Assembly (NCBI RefSeq): GCF_006345805.1
Contig: NC_043001.1
Coordinates: forward strand, 46,252,001 to 46,316,000
Direction of reading: 5' to 3'
Length of the DNA stretch: 64,000 bases
DNA from: Octopus sinensis
Taxonomy: Eukaryota
Shown here: positions 11,326 to 24,552 of the stretch, in pieces
Layout of the letters: each line of letters begins with the position of its first letter
Position numbering within the stretch: position 1 is the first letter of the stretch
Made by a program: the position numbers and the translations under genes
Notes under the pieces: generated by a model
Database searches by the model: none
What the model was told of the DNA's origin: nothing
What the model saw: only the letters and a program-made list of their open reading frames with translations

Positions 11326-13074
11326 AAACGTAATTCTATATCAGTATAGCTGTATTTACCATGATAATCTATGGTTGATTTAGCGAAAGTTACAACAATG
11401 CGAGGAAACGCATTGTGACCAGCGGTGTATAACAGCATCGATAATCTTGTTGACACAATGATATGTCTGTGTATATACATAAATTTGATTCTACTTTCCG
11501 TATTATGTCCCCTCATTTGTTATTCTTAAGATTGCTTTAATAACCCTAATTATAACAGATGAGGGGATACAATACGGAAAGTAGAGTCAAAATACACAGA
11601 CATAGCACAGTATCAACAAGATTACCGATGCTGTTATACACCGCTGGTCACAATACGCTTCCTCGCATTCATTTAGTTTCGAATGATGTCACCCTACTAG
11701 CTAGGCGGGAAGGCCAACATTCTCCCTAAACCGAACGCGAGTCCGGCGATGGGTTATCCATTTACAGCTGAGTGGACTGGAGTAACGCGAAATGAAGTGT
11801 TTTAGCTGAAGAACACAACGCGCCGACCGGTCTGGAAACTATAACGGGTAGTTAGAGAATCACTTTCGTGTACGTACAGTAACCTCTTTTCCTCGTAACA
11901 AATGTATGAAGTAGGGCGCGAAGTACAAAAGTGTATCATAGTTACGTCAGCCTGCCAGAATGTGATTGTCTCAAATTACAATCCGCGAAAGAATCTGAAC
12001 TCAGTATCAGTTTTTACGGAGACTTATTTATTATAACGTAAGAGGCAACAGCTAATCACTTAGTTTCTACTTAAATGGTACCTATTTACTGTTATATTAT
12101 ACCTATTTACTGTTATGCTGTACTCTGTTGGAGTTACACGCTTAGATGTATCTATTTACAACCAGATATGTGTGTTTACAATCAGATTGACTTATCTATT
12201 GAAAGGTAGTAATTTATTGTTTGGTGGACATCGAGTGTTAAGAGGAACTTATCTACACGGAAGCAGACTCAGCTGTTGCGAGCTACCTATAAACAGCAAG
12301 GCAGTTTCTGTTGTTGAGCAGTACCTATTTACAGCTCAGTGGACTCAGATATTAAGAGAAATATCTATTAAAAAATAGGTGATCTTAGGTGTTGAGAACT
12401 AACCATTTATATTTAGGCGGTCTTCTCTGATGAGGAATGCTTGAGAGGTACCTACGTACAACTAGGTGGATTCAGCAGTTAAGTAGTGCTTATTTACAGT
12501 TGATGGAAGATGCCTACACACAGCTTAGTGAACTCACCAATTGTTCTTTTATAATCTTTTACTAGGAATAAAGGCGGTACTTATGATGTCCGCAGGGCTC
12601 CCGCGACCAGTGGGAGAGAGGTTGGCAGGTGTCCTCTTACGAGGGATATGCCCCAAATATTTACAACAGAATGCTTTCTGCTAAAGGCACCCAAGGTGCC
12701 AGGTGGTGGTATTAATCTGAGTAGTATTTAAACACGGAATGCAAAGAAACATGCTGCAGAACCAGTGACTGGATACAAAATCTAGTGGGTATCTAATGCA
12801 TTTCCTCAGACAGCCTTGCCGTTGTTTCGTTTCCTTTGACCAAACCGAAAACCGTAATTTAATCTCAATATTTAAAGAATGAAGAAAAAAAGACCACGAC
12901 TTGCATGAATAAATAGATAGATAGAAAGATAGATACAAACATACATACATACACACATACATGCATGCATACACATACATACATACATACATACACACAT
13001 ACATACATACATACATACATACATACATACATACATACATACATACATACATACATACATCAACTCAAATTCAG

Positions 13075-13375
13075 CTGGCATCCCGTTGATTACGACAACG
13101 AGTGTTCCAGTCAACGGAACAGTCTGCTCGTGAAATTAACGTCCACGTGGCTGAGCTCTCCACAGACATGCATACCCTTAACGTAGTTCTCAAGGAAATT
13201 CAGTGTGACAGAGGATGTGACAAGGCTAACACTTTGAAATACAGGTACTTATTCATTTTTGTCAGCTGAGAGTGGACTGGAGCAGCGGGAAAAAATAAAG
13301 TTTCTTGCTCAAGAGCAGAACGCATCGCCGGGAATCGAACTCACGATTTTAAAACTTAGTGGTTAGGGTATTCGG
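13075..13375 (-). mobile_element. tRNA-derived SINE, family C in my labelling
   Basis: Reverse-complement match to the copies at 51516-51833 and 54722-55050. Confidence 0.75.
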
Positions 13376-13804
13376 TTCAGGATCCTACATACATATATAT
13401 GTGTGGGTGTGAAATTTCGCAGATGGAAACTGCGTGGAAGCCTGTCATTGGGGCTATTTTTGCACTTGGTTTTAACACTCTTACTCGTTCCTCGGGTCTC
13501 TGCTGCGAGCATTCGAGCCAGGTTTCGGATGGAGGAAAACTTCTGCCCTCCAACATGCTCGTCTCAGACACCCTCACAATTGTCGAGGGTGCTGTTGCCC
13601 TTCCTCCTCTGACAAAGCCATTAAGAAACAAACAGCAAAAACAAATCACCTTGCGGCCCCTCAAACTCACACCCTACATCAAAATGTCGTTTACACCATA
13701 GTTTTAAACGAAGCAGATAATGAAAAACAAAAAGTAAGGTAAATGAATAAAAATACACGAAACTACCTTTTATCTCGTATTTCAAACAAAATTGGTTTTC
13801 TAAC

Positions 13805-13846
<42 letters not shown>

Positions 13847-15026
13847 GTGTGTGTATGTATGCATGCATGTATGTATGTTTGTATGTATGAATGCATGTAT
13901 GCATGTATGCATATATATATATAAATATGTGAGCATGTGTGTATGTATACATGTGTGTGTGAGACTGTATATTATATAATGTATACATTTATAGATATGC
14001 ATACACGCATGTATGTGTGTGTATATATATATTTGTAGATAGGTATACACACATACATATGTATGTATGGTGCCTCTGCGTGTGCATATGTGTGTATTTG
14101 TGTGTGAGAGAGAGAGAGAGAAGGAAAAAGTAAAAGTATAGGGAGAGCTTCCAAACATTATGAAAGGATGTTTCTACATGCCCCTTCCACCTTCAGACAT
14201 TCACACATGTCAGTTATCTCATAAGTTCAAAGGAAAAATAATATTACCCCTGTCCACTTCCCGCCGTAAACGAGAAATTAGTAAGTTACATGTTGAAAGA
14301 AAAATAACTTGCATCCCACCACAAAGTCTAAGATCATCCACCTAAGTGTAGGAAACAGAAAATACTGTTTTTAAACTCAATCCAACAATGCGCTTATAAC
14401 ATCATATGTTTTTCAGCAAATGCACTCAGTCTTAAGTTTCTGTTAATCAATCAACGAATGCGCTTATTATGTCGAAAGTTTTTCGCCAAATATATATATA
14501 GTTATCGGTTTTTTTCTTCTTTTTTTTTAACTTAAGCCTTAAACGGAGGACATCAACTGATGTTTCATTAGAGAACAGCGGACATCATCAATTGATGTTT
14601 CAAAATTTTACATGACTATGGCCACCATCAAAGGAAAGTGAATATATGATGGCACTTTTTTGAAAATGAGGTTGTACAATTTTCCTGTGCAAGAGACTAA
14701 CAATTATTATAGTTTTTGAACTTATTTAGATTGAAAATGAATATAAAAATTGCCTTTAACAAAAAATAAAAAGTATGTGACATCAAAAATATTTACATTA
14801 TTAAATTTGGTTCTAACTCAAAATATAATTTTAATTACTTGTGCAGCGCAGTTGCACATCAGTAAATAGGTTTTTACACTATTTGCATACCTCAGAGCAG
14901 CGATTTGAATTCGTTTCGAGGGTTACAAGACTATACAGTACTGAAGAGTTGAAATAACAGCGAAATATCGATATCTAGTGTTCTCGTTCGCCTACGAGAC
15001 AATTCGTTTCATTTATTTTGGCGGTA

Positions 15027-15249
15027 TACATGGCTGTGCTGAAAAGTTCTTAGCTTTGGGTAAAAGAAAATACAGAAGGATCAGCTAATTATGATTTTAT
15101 TTAACATATTACCCTCTCAGATTCACAAACTTTTTGCAGCAGTCCTTCAGTTTTTCTAAGCCCCGTGAAAGAACTTGGAAAGTTGGGCCTCCAACCAGGC
15201 CTTTCGCGACACCTTTAAATCCAGAAACTTTTGAGCAGTTCCCCCGTTA
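15027..15249. mobile_element. Mariner-derived MITE
   Basis: Ends tacatggctgtgctgaaaagttct... and ...agaaacttttgagcagttcccccgtta form an imperfect inverted repeat around non-coding sequence. Confidence 0.55.
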
Positions 15250-15549
15250 CAAGTGTTAATTTTTAATACTCTATGTCTTAAAGAGACATTCTCTGACAAA
15301 ATAACGCAGCGTGAAAACATTTGAACAAAACACATACATTATGTCAAATCAGTGATATATTTTTGTTTTTTGTCCCTTTGACACGTACATTCTGTAACCA
15401 TTCCCCTTCGTTTAAGAGTTAAGCTACAACACAGATACACCCACACAAACACACACACAGTACACTAATTATGTCGTAAGTTTGTTTATTCAGTCCACCA
15501 AATACTATCTAAATCTATCACAGACACGCGCGCGCGTGAGCGCACAACC

Positions 15550-16570
15550 ACTAATGAGCCTTTCTACTTGTAGGTGCAGGGCCTGAAATTTTTTGCCGGG
15601 AGATAGTCAACTACATCAATTCCATTGCTCAACTAGTACTTATTTTATCGGCGCCGAATGAGTGAAAGTGCTAAGTCGTCGAACTTAGCGGAACTCGAAC
15701 TTAGAAAGAATAGCCGGAAGAAATGTCGTTAAGCATTTTCCCAGTATGCTAACGATTCTGCCAGCGTGTGACCTTAACACATACATACACGTAAACGGTG
15801 GCGGAGGCAAACACAGACACAAAAACACACATATGACGGGCTTCTTTCAGTCTCCGTCTACCTAATCCACTCACAAGGTTTTGATCGGCCCAAGGCTATA
15901 GTAGAAGACACTTACTCAAATTGTCACGCAGTGCGACTGAACCCTGAACTATGTGGTTGGGAAGCAAGCTTCTTACCACACAACCATGCCTACACCTAAT
16001 ATGTCATAGGTAGTTTTCATTTTTTATCTCAACCATGCAAATACACTAGCTTTGTCATAACTTTTTCTCTCAATCCACCAAATTAATTATAAGTAGTAGT
16101 TAATTACTGTCCCGAATACACTTTTTTTATTCTGTTTATTTATTATTTTCATTTTTTTATCTTTTACTTGTTTCAGTTATTGACATAATAACTGAGGTCA
16201 TGCTGAGGTAAACTGCTTTGAAGGGTTTAGTCTGGACAGATCGAACCCAGTACGGCCGTTTTTTAAAGTCTGGTAGTTTATTCTAGTTCTCACTTTGGCC
16301 AAAGCGCTATATCATGGTGACATAAACAAACCAACAACGGTGTTGTGAAGCGGTGGTGGTGGGGTGACAAACACAGACACACTCATGAACACACATATAC
16401 ATACATATACGGGACGGGCTGCCACGCTGTTTGCATCTATCGAATTCACTCACAAGGCTTTGGTCAGCCCTAGGTTGTATTAGAAAACACTTGCCCAAGG
16501 AAACACGCAGTGGGATTCAACCGACGACGACGTAGTTGCAAAGCGAGCTTCTTAACCATGCAGCCATTCT
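15550..16570 (-). mobile_element. Cluster of SINE family A (about 15550-15780) and family B (about 15790-15995 and 16160-16570) copies
   Basis: Similarity to fuller copies at 63560-63782 (A) and 55211-55610 (B). Confidence 0.7.
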
Positions 16571-16853
16571 CGCATTTACGTTACCATTTTTAAAAACTAA
16601 ATCCACAAGTTGTTGTGATTGTGTCATAGCATTTTCTCCAAATACACTTTGTCATACAAATACCAGTCAATCCCAAAACGCAGACGTGATAGCCGAAAGA
16701 TTCCGATTTCGACCCGGTTGGTTGTCATACAATTTCGTAGTAGTTGGATATATCTCCAAAGATATTTTTGAGCAAGAAGACCTAAACGCACATATACTGA
16801 CACGCACAGGTGTGTATGTGTATGTTACCACATACACACACACACACACGCAC

Positions 16854-16904
<51 letters not shown>

Positions 16905-17710
16905 ATACGAGTGAATGAACAAACGAAAGACACATACTTATAAATTTGTGTGCGTGCGTGCATATATGTGTAACATTTACACAGCATATGTGCATCTGCA
17001 CACACATAAACACATACATGAATATGTATGTGTGTTTGTGTATATTTAATTATATATATATATGCGAAAACAAAAGTGTATCTCTGTGTGCTGGCAAGAG
17101 TGTATGTAAAGTCTATTCGTGTACACACATTCACATGCAAAATTAGACTAAATGGTCATATGCGTGTCAGTTCCGTAACTGAATGGAACTTAATTAAGCC
17201 GAAACTGCAATCTCTTAGTTTTTAGACTTTATGTTTACTCCTTGCCTGCCTGCCTGCCTGCCTGTCTGTCTGTCTGTCTCACTTCATTCCCCCACTCGTC
17301 CTTATAACTTTAACATTCTTAAACATTGAGCCTAAACATATATTGCTCTACAGACTCAGTGTTTTGTTATGTAATTTTTCTCGAACACGTATCGCTCAAT
17401 CCACCGCTGGTCGATAAAATCTGAACACATATACGTAGATATTGCAACCACGTATCAGTCGTTCCATTAACAATTCAAACTACTCTAATGCTGAATGAAA
17501 TCCAATATGGCTGAAATAAAGATGTTTCTGTTATCATATCTGCATCTTCAAAGGGACCAAATCCTGCCGTGGCCCACATGGGTGATAGACTTAATCAGTT
17601 GCCTAGTTTAACTTTGGTTCAAAGAATAAGTTCCCTCTATGTGAGTCTATTTCCAACAGTTTGGTAAAACGAAGGAAGATGCATGGAAGATGGACGTTAA
17701 ACGATGCTGT

Positions 17711-17753
<43 letters not shown>

Positions 17754-18409
17754 GGAATAAACACTCAAGTGAAACACGCAGTACGACTTTACTCCTCTCA
17801 ACTCTTTCTTTTCTGCACGCCACTAAAACTCAGGTGAAGGCCTTTACACGTTTTTTGCTTTCGATCTGCTACAAATCGTAGGCAAATACCTTTCAAATCA
17901 TACTTTTCTGTCTTAGACAAAGAATGAAGCATCAAACAATATAATCACTTGTATACCAAAAAACAAAACAAAACTAAAAACCCCCCAAAAAACAGGATGA
18001 TCACGGTTAGGGCATCTTTTATCACCATTCTGTCCGATTTGGGGATTAACAACAACAACAAAAACAAAATCAATAGGAAAGCATTGAAGTGGTCGAATTG
18101 GTAAAAACATTGAATTAAGAACTCATAGGTTGTACGTTCAAATCTTTTTAATGGTGTTTCGTTATGGCTTTCAGTTGGGCCATGTAGTCCTCCACTGTCG
18201 CGGTTTATTTCGCTGTGATACATACATTAAGTGATATGTTAGTCTAAAACATCGTTTGCCGAGCGAAATTTCCCAAAAAACTAGGCTTCCGTAATAATTT
18301 TATGCAAATGTATTTTTGAGTTATTGTGGGTAATGCCAAACCTATCAAAGACAGTTTTATGATTTGCTTAAGTTAGCTTTAAAAAAGAGGGAGGGAAGGA
18401 AAGTGAGAG

Positions 18410-18476
<67 letters not shown>

Positions 18477-18782
18477 AATTTGAACTGTGTTTCCAGAGAT
18501 ATAGAATGCACTTCAATGATTCTCTAAGAATGACCCTAATCTTAATAGTAAAATGGTTTGGAAACTCTGGTCTAACATCATATCTGAATCTTTTTTCGTA
18601 TTATCTGAAAAGTTATACTTGCAGTTTCAAGAAAGCCACATGAAAAAATACCAAAAGATTTTACGTATCAATAAATAGGATAAAGATGAAAATTAAAAAA
18701 ACCCAAAACGATTCAATCATGTTCAGAATTTTAAACAAAGCTAGACGTTCCCGCACGGTGTAAAAAAAAAGAAGCCATTTAC

Positions 18783-18861
18783 CTCATCGGTTTAAATAAA
18801 GCTCGGCCTTCGTTCTCAAAAGTAAAAATCAACTTCAATTGCGTGCCACCAGATTTCATTT
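18783..18861 (-). CDS. FAM20C: FAM20C coding exon 3 ([27 protein letters not shown]), Gly-rich loop and ATP-binding lysines; absent from the ORF track
   Basis: Acceptor ttttctag|AA, donor ATGAG|gtaaat, 79 nt, phase 1 to 2. Confidence 0.95.
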
Positions 18862-18944
18862 CTAGAAAATAAAATGTTAGAAATAAATGTTGTCATTGAA
18901 GTAGAACTATAGTACTCATATATAGAACACTTACAAGGGACTAA

Positions 18945-19090
18945 ATCGATTACATCGACTCCAGTACATAACTGGTACTTATTTAATCGACCCCGAAAGG
19001 ATGAAAGGCTAAGTCGACCTCGGCGGAATTTGAACTCAGAACGTAGCGGCAGACGAAATACTGCTAAGCATTTCGCCCGGCGTGCTAACG
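18945..19090 (-). mobile_element. tRNA-derived SINE family A copy next to exon 3
   Basis: Minus strand has an A-box-like gagctggcagaaacgttagc, a B-box-like gagttcaaattcc and the core gcctttcatcctttcggggtcgattaaataagtacc. The core resembles the Meta/Sauria-type SINE central domain (from memory). Confidence 0.85.
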
Positions 19091-20268
19091 TTTCTGCCAG
19101 CTCGCCTACCGTGTTTGCCGTGTAAGACGCACCCCTATTTTGGCGTGTTTCATCGGGGCTGACTTGAGGTTAAACGACAAAAGCCACAGCATACTGATAT
19201 CTTATGCAGAGATTATGAAATAAATACAAAATTTTACCGATACTCTCACGATGAATCTGCCCTTATATTAACTTTTGACAAAACACCACCACCGCTACCA
19301 TCATCATCATCGCCACCATCGTTGTCGTCGTGAGCCAATAAAGAACTCTCTACATACATGTGAACAAACATACATACACTTACACGCGCGCACGCACATT
19401 AGCTGGAACCAAAATGGCTAACTTTGTTAGTTTCAGCAAGATGCACCTTTCATTGAAATCTCGTAGATGAGTTTAAGTCGTTTTGGCATAGTCATTTTGG
19501 CACCGATAATTTGGCATCGCCGAGTCGATGCTGACTTATTTAATATCGGACGTTTTAATGTTTCTCTTGTCCTCTCCCACCCCTCCTTTCTTCCTTCCTT
19601 CTATTCTTTCTTTCTTTGCCTTCTTTCTCTCTGTCTCTCTTTTTTCTCCTCCACTCTTTCTGTTCCTGTGTATGAACATATTTCTCTTTATTTGCATTAG
19701 GATAACAAAAGCGTTTGTAATCAATTGTGTTCAATTGATAAATATCAATCTCTCTCTCTCTCTCTCTTTCCCCCTTCTCCTCCATCTCTCCCACTCTGTA
19801 TGTGTATACTTCTATGCGTGTATATGTGTGTGTATTTGCCTCTAGTGCCAAAAGCTACAGTCGTCAAAACAAACTGAATGTCGAGTCAGGTGTGGCAAAT
19901 GGTTTGCATCTAAACAGCTGCACCAAATCGCCTCATTCGCGGGTGCATCAAACGGCACAATTGGTACAGAGGTAAAGTGGATTAGAAGGATGAGTAGGTG
20001 GGTTTGAAAAATGCCATGCAGTATCTTGTTATAATCCTTTACTTTCTCAGTTCGAATTTCGCCATGTTTGGCTACCTTATCGAACTTCTGGAGCGGAAAT
20101 CTCTTTCTCTCCCCATTTCCCCTCTCTTTCTTTTCCTTTCCTTCTCTCTTTCTCTCTCTCTCACATATGTATTTTATGAGTTTATAGGAACACACGTACA
20201 ATTCCACAAATATCTATTTAAGGTGTCTCAATCTGCAATGCATAAATATAACCGTTTTTGTGCCTTAC

Positions 20269-20396
20269 CAACTTCTTCAATCGGTTGTTCCAGTAGGTCC
20301 TTAAGCACAGCCTTAACAGCAGGGTCTCTACTGTCATACAGAGCATCCTGCTTGATATTGTAGAAAATAGCTTCCCAACTGGTCAGTTTGGACATT
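20269..20396 (-). CDS. FAM20C: FAM20C coding exon 2 (MSKLTSWEAIFYNIKQDALYDSRDPAVKAVLKDLLEQPIEEV)
   Basis: Acceptor ttttcag|A, donor GTTG|gtaag, 128 nt, phase 2 to 1. Resembles the Fam20 pre-kinase helical segment. Confidence 0.9.
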
Positions 20397-20494
20397 CTGA
20401 AAATATACAAAGAAACAGATATATAAATAAATAAATATAAGACATTATTTTGTGGGAGTGGGTAGAGAAGAGGCTGTGTATGTATATATATATA

Positions 20495-20897
20495 TATATA
20501 CGAGAGAAAGAAGGTGCTGAGTTGTGAAACATTTAAACCAAATTTTCTCAAAACAACTTGTCCGACTGTCCCATAGGCCCCCCTTTGAGAAACACTGATT
20601 TAACCTAAATTTGAGACACCAGCAAAATAAGAAATAATGATAGACTTTTTCCTATTCCAAGAAAAACGATTTTACAAATGCACGTTCCCACGGCTTCATC
20701 GATTCTCACCTGGAATCGATTTTTGTAATTTTTTCAAGACATGTCCTGATACCGTCGGTATCTACATATCAAATTTGAACGCAATCGGATGGAGGATGCC
20801 CGAGATCCTAGAAGACACATAGAGAGATAGACAGAACGGATTTTATATAATATAATATAATATAATATATATATATAATATAATATAATATAATATA

Positions 20898-20949
<52 letters not shown>

Positions 20950-21357
20950 ACGAGAGAAAGAAGGTGCTGAGTTGTGAAACATTTAAACCAAATTTTCTCA
21001 AAACAACTTGTCCGACTGTCCCATAGGCCCCCCTTTGAGAAACACTGATTTAACCTAAATTTGAGACACCAGCAAAATAAGAAATAATGATAGACTTTTT
21101 CCTATTCCAAGAAAAACGATTTTACAAATGCACGTTCCCACGGCTTCATCGATTCTCACCTGGAATCGATTTTTGTAATTTTTTCAAGACATGCCCTGAT
21201 ACCGTCGGTATCTACATATCAAATTTGAACGCAATCGGATGGAGGATGCCCGAGATCCTAGAAGACACATAGAGAGATAGACAGAACGGATTTTATATAA
21301 TATAATATAATATAATATAATATAATATAACATAATATAATATAATATAATATATAT

Positions 21358-21395
<38 letters not shown>
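20495..21395 (+). repeat. Near-exact tandem duplication, period 450 bp, of a DINE/HINE-like element plus TA-rich tail
   Basis: cgagagaaagaaggtgctga starts at 20501 and 20951. The identical 61-aa ORFs 20637-20822 and 21087-21272 confirm the period. A related copy lies at about 53560-53755. Confidence 0.9.
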
Positions 21396-21407
<12 letters not shown>

Positions 21408-22249
21408 GAGGGGTTTGGTTCACTGATGATCTAAACGAATAGGTACGATGCATTGGTCATCCGTTAAGTTCCAAATTCACAGCTGAGGCTGGAGCTAGGG
21501 ATCCATAGTAGGCTTCCAAGTCAGCAGGTATATATCAAAGGAAAATTAAACAAAACCAAGGCAGGACGAGCGTCTCAGATCATTGAGAATATTTAGAATA
21601 AGGTGAATCAAAGATGTAGAAGAAGTAATTAATATCTTACAGCTGTTTCTGGCATATATCAGGTGATGGGTCAACACCTCCATACACAGGGTATAAGCTT
21701 GTAAGATAAATGGTTCACATAGGAGTACCGCGTGTACCGTCTCTCTCACACGGTATGTGTGAGGACCATTTTTCTAACAAGCTAACCACTTGATCTATTC
21801 TTTCAATCTGAATGCAACATTCAAAATACTATCTGGATTTACCTGGGATTATACTTAAGGAGCTATACCTTCACGAAAGTACAGACTAACCTCCATATCC
21901 TCAAGAACAAGATGAACAATGAACTTTATTCTCCTGTCTTTATTCTTCTATCTACTGTTTTATTATTACATACTGTGAATTCCCTGTATGGAACTTTCCT
22001 GCAGATACACCTTGTCTCTGACGACGGAATACTCAGTGTATGGAGACCGATAGAATAAGTACTAGTCCTGGGGTCAATTTGTTCGATTAAAGACGGTCCT
22101 ACAACATTGCCGCAGACAAATGACTGAAACAAGTAAAAGAATAAAATATATATGTATGTATATATGTATATTCGATGTACATATACTTGTATGTATGTAT
22201 GTATGTATGTATGTATGTATGTATGTATGTATGTATGTATGTATGTATG

Positions 22250-22557
22250 TATGTATGTCACAGTGACTGACCAGGCTCTCAGATGTTGCTACACACCGCT
22301 GGTCACAATGCACTTCGCATTGTTTTAGCCTTCAAATGACGCCACCCCGCTGGCTAAGCGAGCACCCAACAGAAAAAAGAGTGAGAGAAAGTTGTGGTGA
22401 AAGAGTACAGCAGGGATCGCCACCACCCCCTGCCGGAGCCTCGTGGAGCTTTAGGTGTTTTTCGCCCAATAAACACTCACAACGCCCGGTCTGGGAATCG
22501 AAACCGCGATCCTACGACCACAAGTCCGCTGCCCTAACCACTGGGCCATTGCACCTT
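22250..22557 (-). mobile_element. tRNA-derived SINE family D (tRNA-Arg-like head)
   Basis: Minus strand ggcccagtggttagggcagcggacttgtggtcgtaggatcgcggtttcgattccc. A second copy lies at 32266-32560 on the + strand. Confidence 0.8.
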
Positions 22558-22679
22558 CACACACACACACACACACACACACACCACACACACACACACA
22601 CATATATTATATATATATATATATATATGTATGTATCACTTCTAGCTTTATCTCTATAGATATTCTAGTTACGACGATT

Positions 22680-23075
22680 CGCATACAATTACGTCTATAC
22701 AAACAATGCGATTGAAGACAGGAAAACAGATAATGGATATCTATGCATAATGGGTGTATGTTTATGCGTAATGTGTAAGTCTGTATCTATATGAAACATT
22801 TTGTATATGCGTACATTTATTTCATTCTCTAACCTTCTATCATTTTCCTACGTTACTAGATATGTTTTTCTCTCCCTCTACCCACCCACCTAAAAGATTA
22901 CTGATTACTAACTACATATAGACGCTTCAACCAAATGTAAATATGTAAATTTTGTATTCTATGCTTCTCTGTCTGAGGAGTTTCTTATAGGAGACATCTT
23001 ATGTGTTTTCTACATGTTACAGTTTTGTAACTCCTATTAGCAAATGAAACACGTGTATTGGTGAATAAATAATAC
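22680..23075 (+). mobile_element. Probable Penelope-like element 3'/pLTR remnant with a decayed hammerhead motif
   Basis: ctgaggag...stem...gaaacacgtgta followed by aataaat. Penelope pLTRs are known to carry hammerheads. Confidence 0.4.
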
Positions 23076-23299
23076 CAAATAATTCCCAATCCCCTGTTTT
23101 AATGCATGTATATTTATAGATATGCACACATATCACTTAGATTGACCCGGGAAAATATTTGACACTGACTTCGAAGCTTTGGCTAAGTTGCCTTTCTCAA
23201 ATATTTTGACGAAGCTTCGAAGTCACTACCTTTTTAAAACAAAATAATATGATATTCTACTTAGATATACTAATATATAAAGTCATCCTTTTATTAACA

Positions 23300-23372
23300 T
23301 TTAACTGGTTATACATACATACATACACACACCACACACACACCACACACACACACACACACACGCATATAT

Positions 23373-23421
<49 letters not shown>

Positions 23422-23615
23422 ATATTAATATATATATATATGCACACACAAACATACAATCATAAATATACATATGTATGTGAGTATATATGTGTGAGTG
23501 TATGTGTGTCGGTATGTATGTATGTGTATACACACACACATACAAATATATAGATAGATGTACATGTAAAAACACATGCATATTTATAATATACAATATA
23601 TATAATATATATATA

Positions 23616-23664
<49 letters not shown>

Positions 23665-23702
23665 GATATACATATATAATATATATAATATATATATATA
23701 AT

Positions 23703-23751
<49 letters not shown>

Positions 23752-24294
23752 AGATTTGCATGTGTCAAGGGACACATCTGTATTCTACACCGTGGGCACC
23801 AGGGGTACAGAGCACAAAACCGTTTAGCTTTATCCAAACGATAAATAAGTGAGAATTTAGATGTTGACATCTTTGTGAGGTTATATGACTGGTGATTCAG
23901 AGTAATAAATTAATTATGACTGAATATAAAAGTTGATCTGTTGAAAAGGCGTTGATATTTATTTCGGAGTCAGAGTTTATTGATTGGTGTATTGACATAC
24001 TTGCATACATAGGTGTATACATACATACATACGTACTCACGGTCTCAAACCTATATACTTATAAATATGTATGCATTTGAGTATGCGTGTACATATATGT
24101 GGGTGCGCGCGTGTGTGTGTGTGTGTGTGCACAGCTCTCTACCTCACCCTCTCTCTCTATATATATACATATGTATAAAGAGAGAAGCAAAGACACATAC
24201 ATATGTATACATATATATATGCATGGATAAACAAATATGCATACACACATACACAGGCAAACACACACATATCCGTATATATGTATGTGTGTGA

Positions 24295-24336
<42 letters not shown>

Positions 24337-24339
24337 TGC

Positions 24340-24384
<45 letters not shown>

Positions 24385-24395
24385 GTATATATGCA

Positions 24396-24438
<43 letters not shown>

Positions 24439-24517
24439 GGTATGTATATATGTATGTAACCATACACATGTACTTATATATATGTGCATATATGTATATA
24501 TATTTATCTACATATCT

Positions 24518-24552
<35 letters not shown>

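Noticed and set aside
12595-12660. GC-rich hairpins considered as an HDV-like ribozyme; also ctgatgag at 12427
   Set aside because: I could not assign P1/P1.1/P2/P3, and the CTGATGA is not followed by a stem II and GAAA.
19845-20010. Plus-frame ECRVRCGKWFASKQLHQ resembling a C2H2 zinc finger; minus ORF 19842-20207
   Set aside because: Cys/His spacing is wrong and the second His is missing. The minus ORF has no Fam20 similarity and is not needed to join exons 2 and 3.
22495-22557. tRNA-like sequences here and at 32270, 36073, 51516, 54722 and 55211
   Set aside because: They are SINE heads continuing into shared body and tail sequence, without a complete acceptor stem; not tRNA genes.
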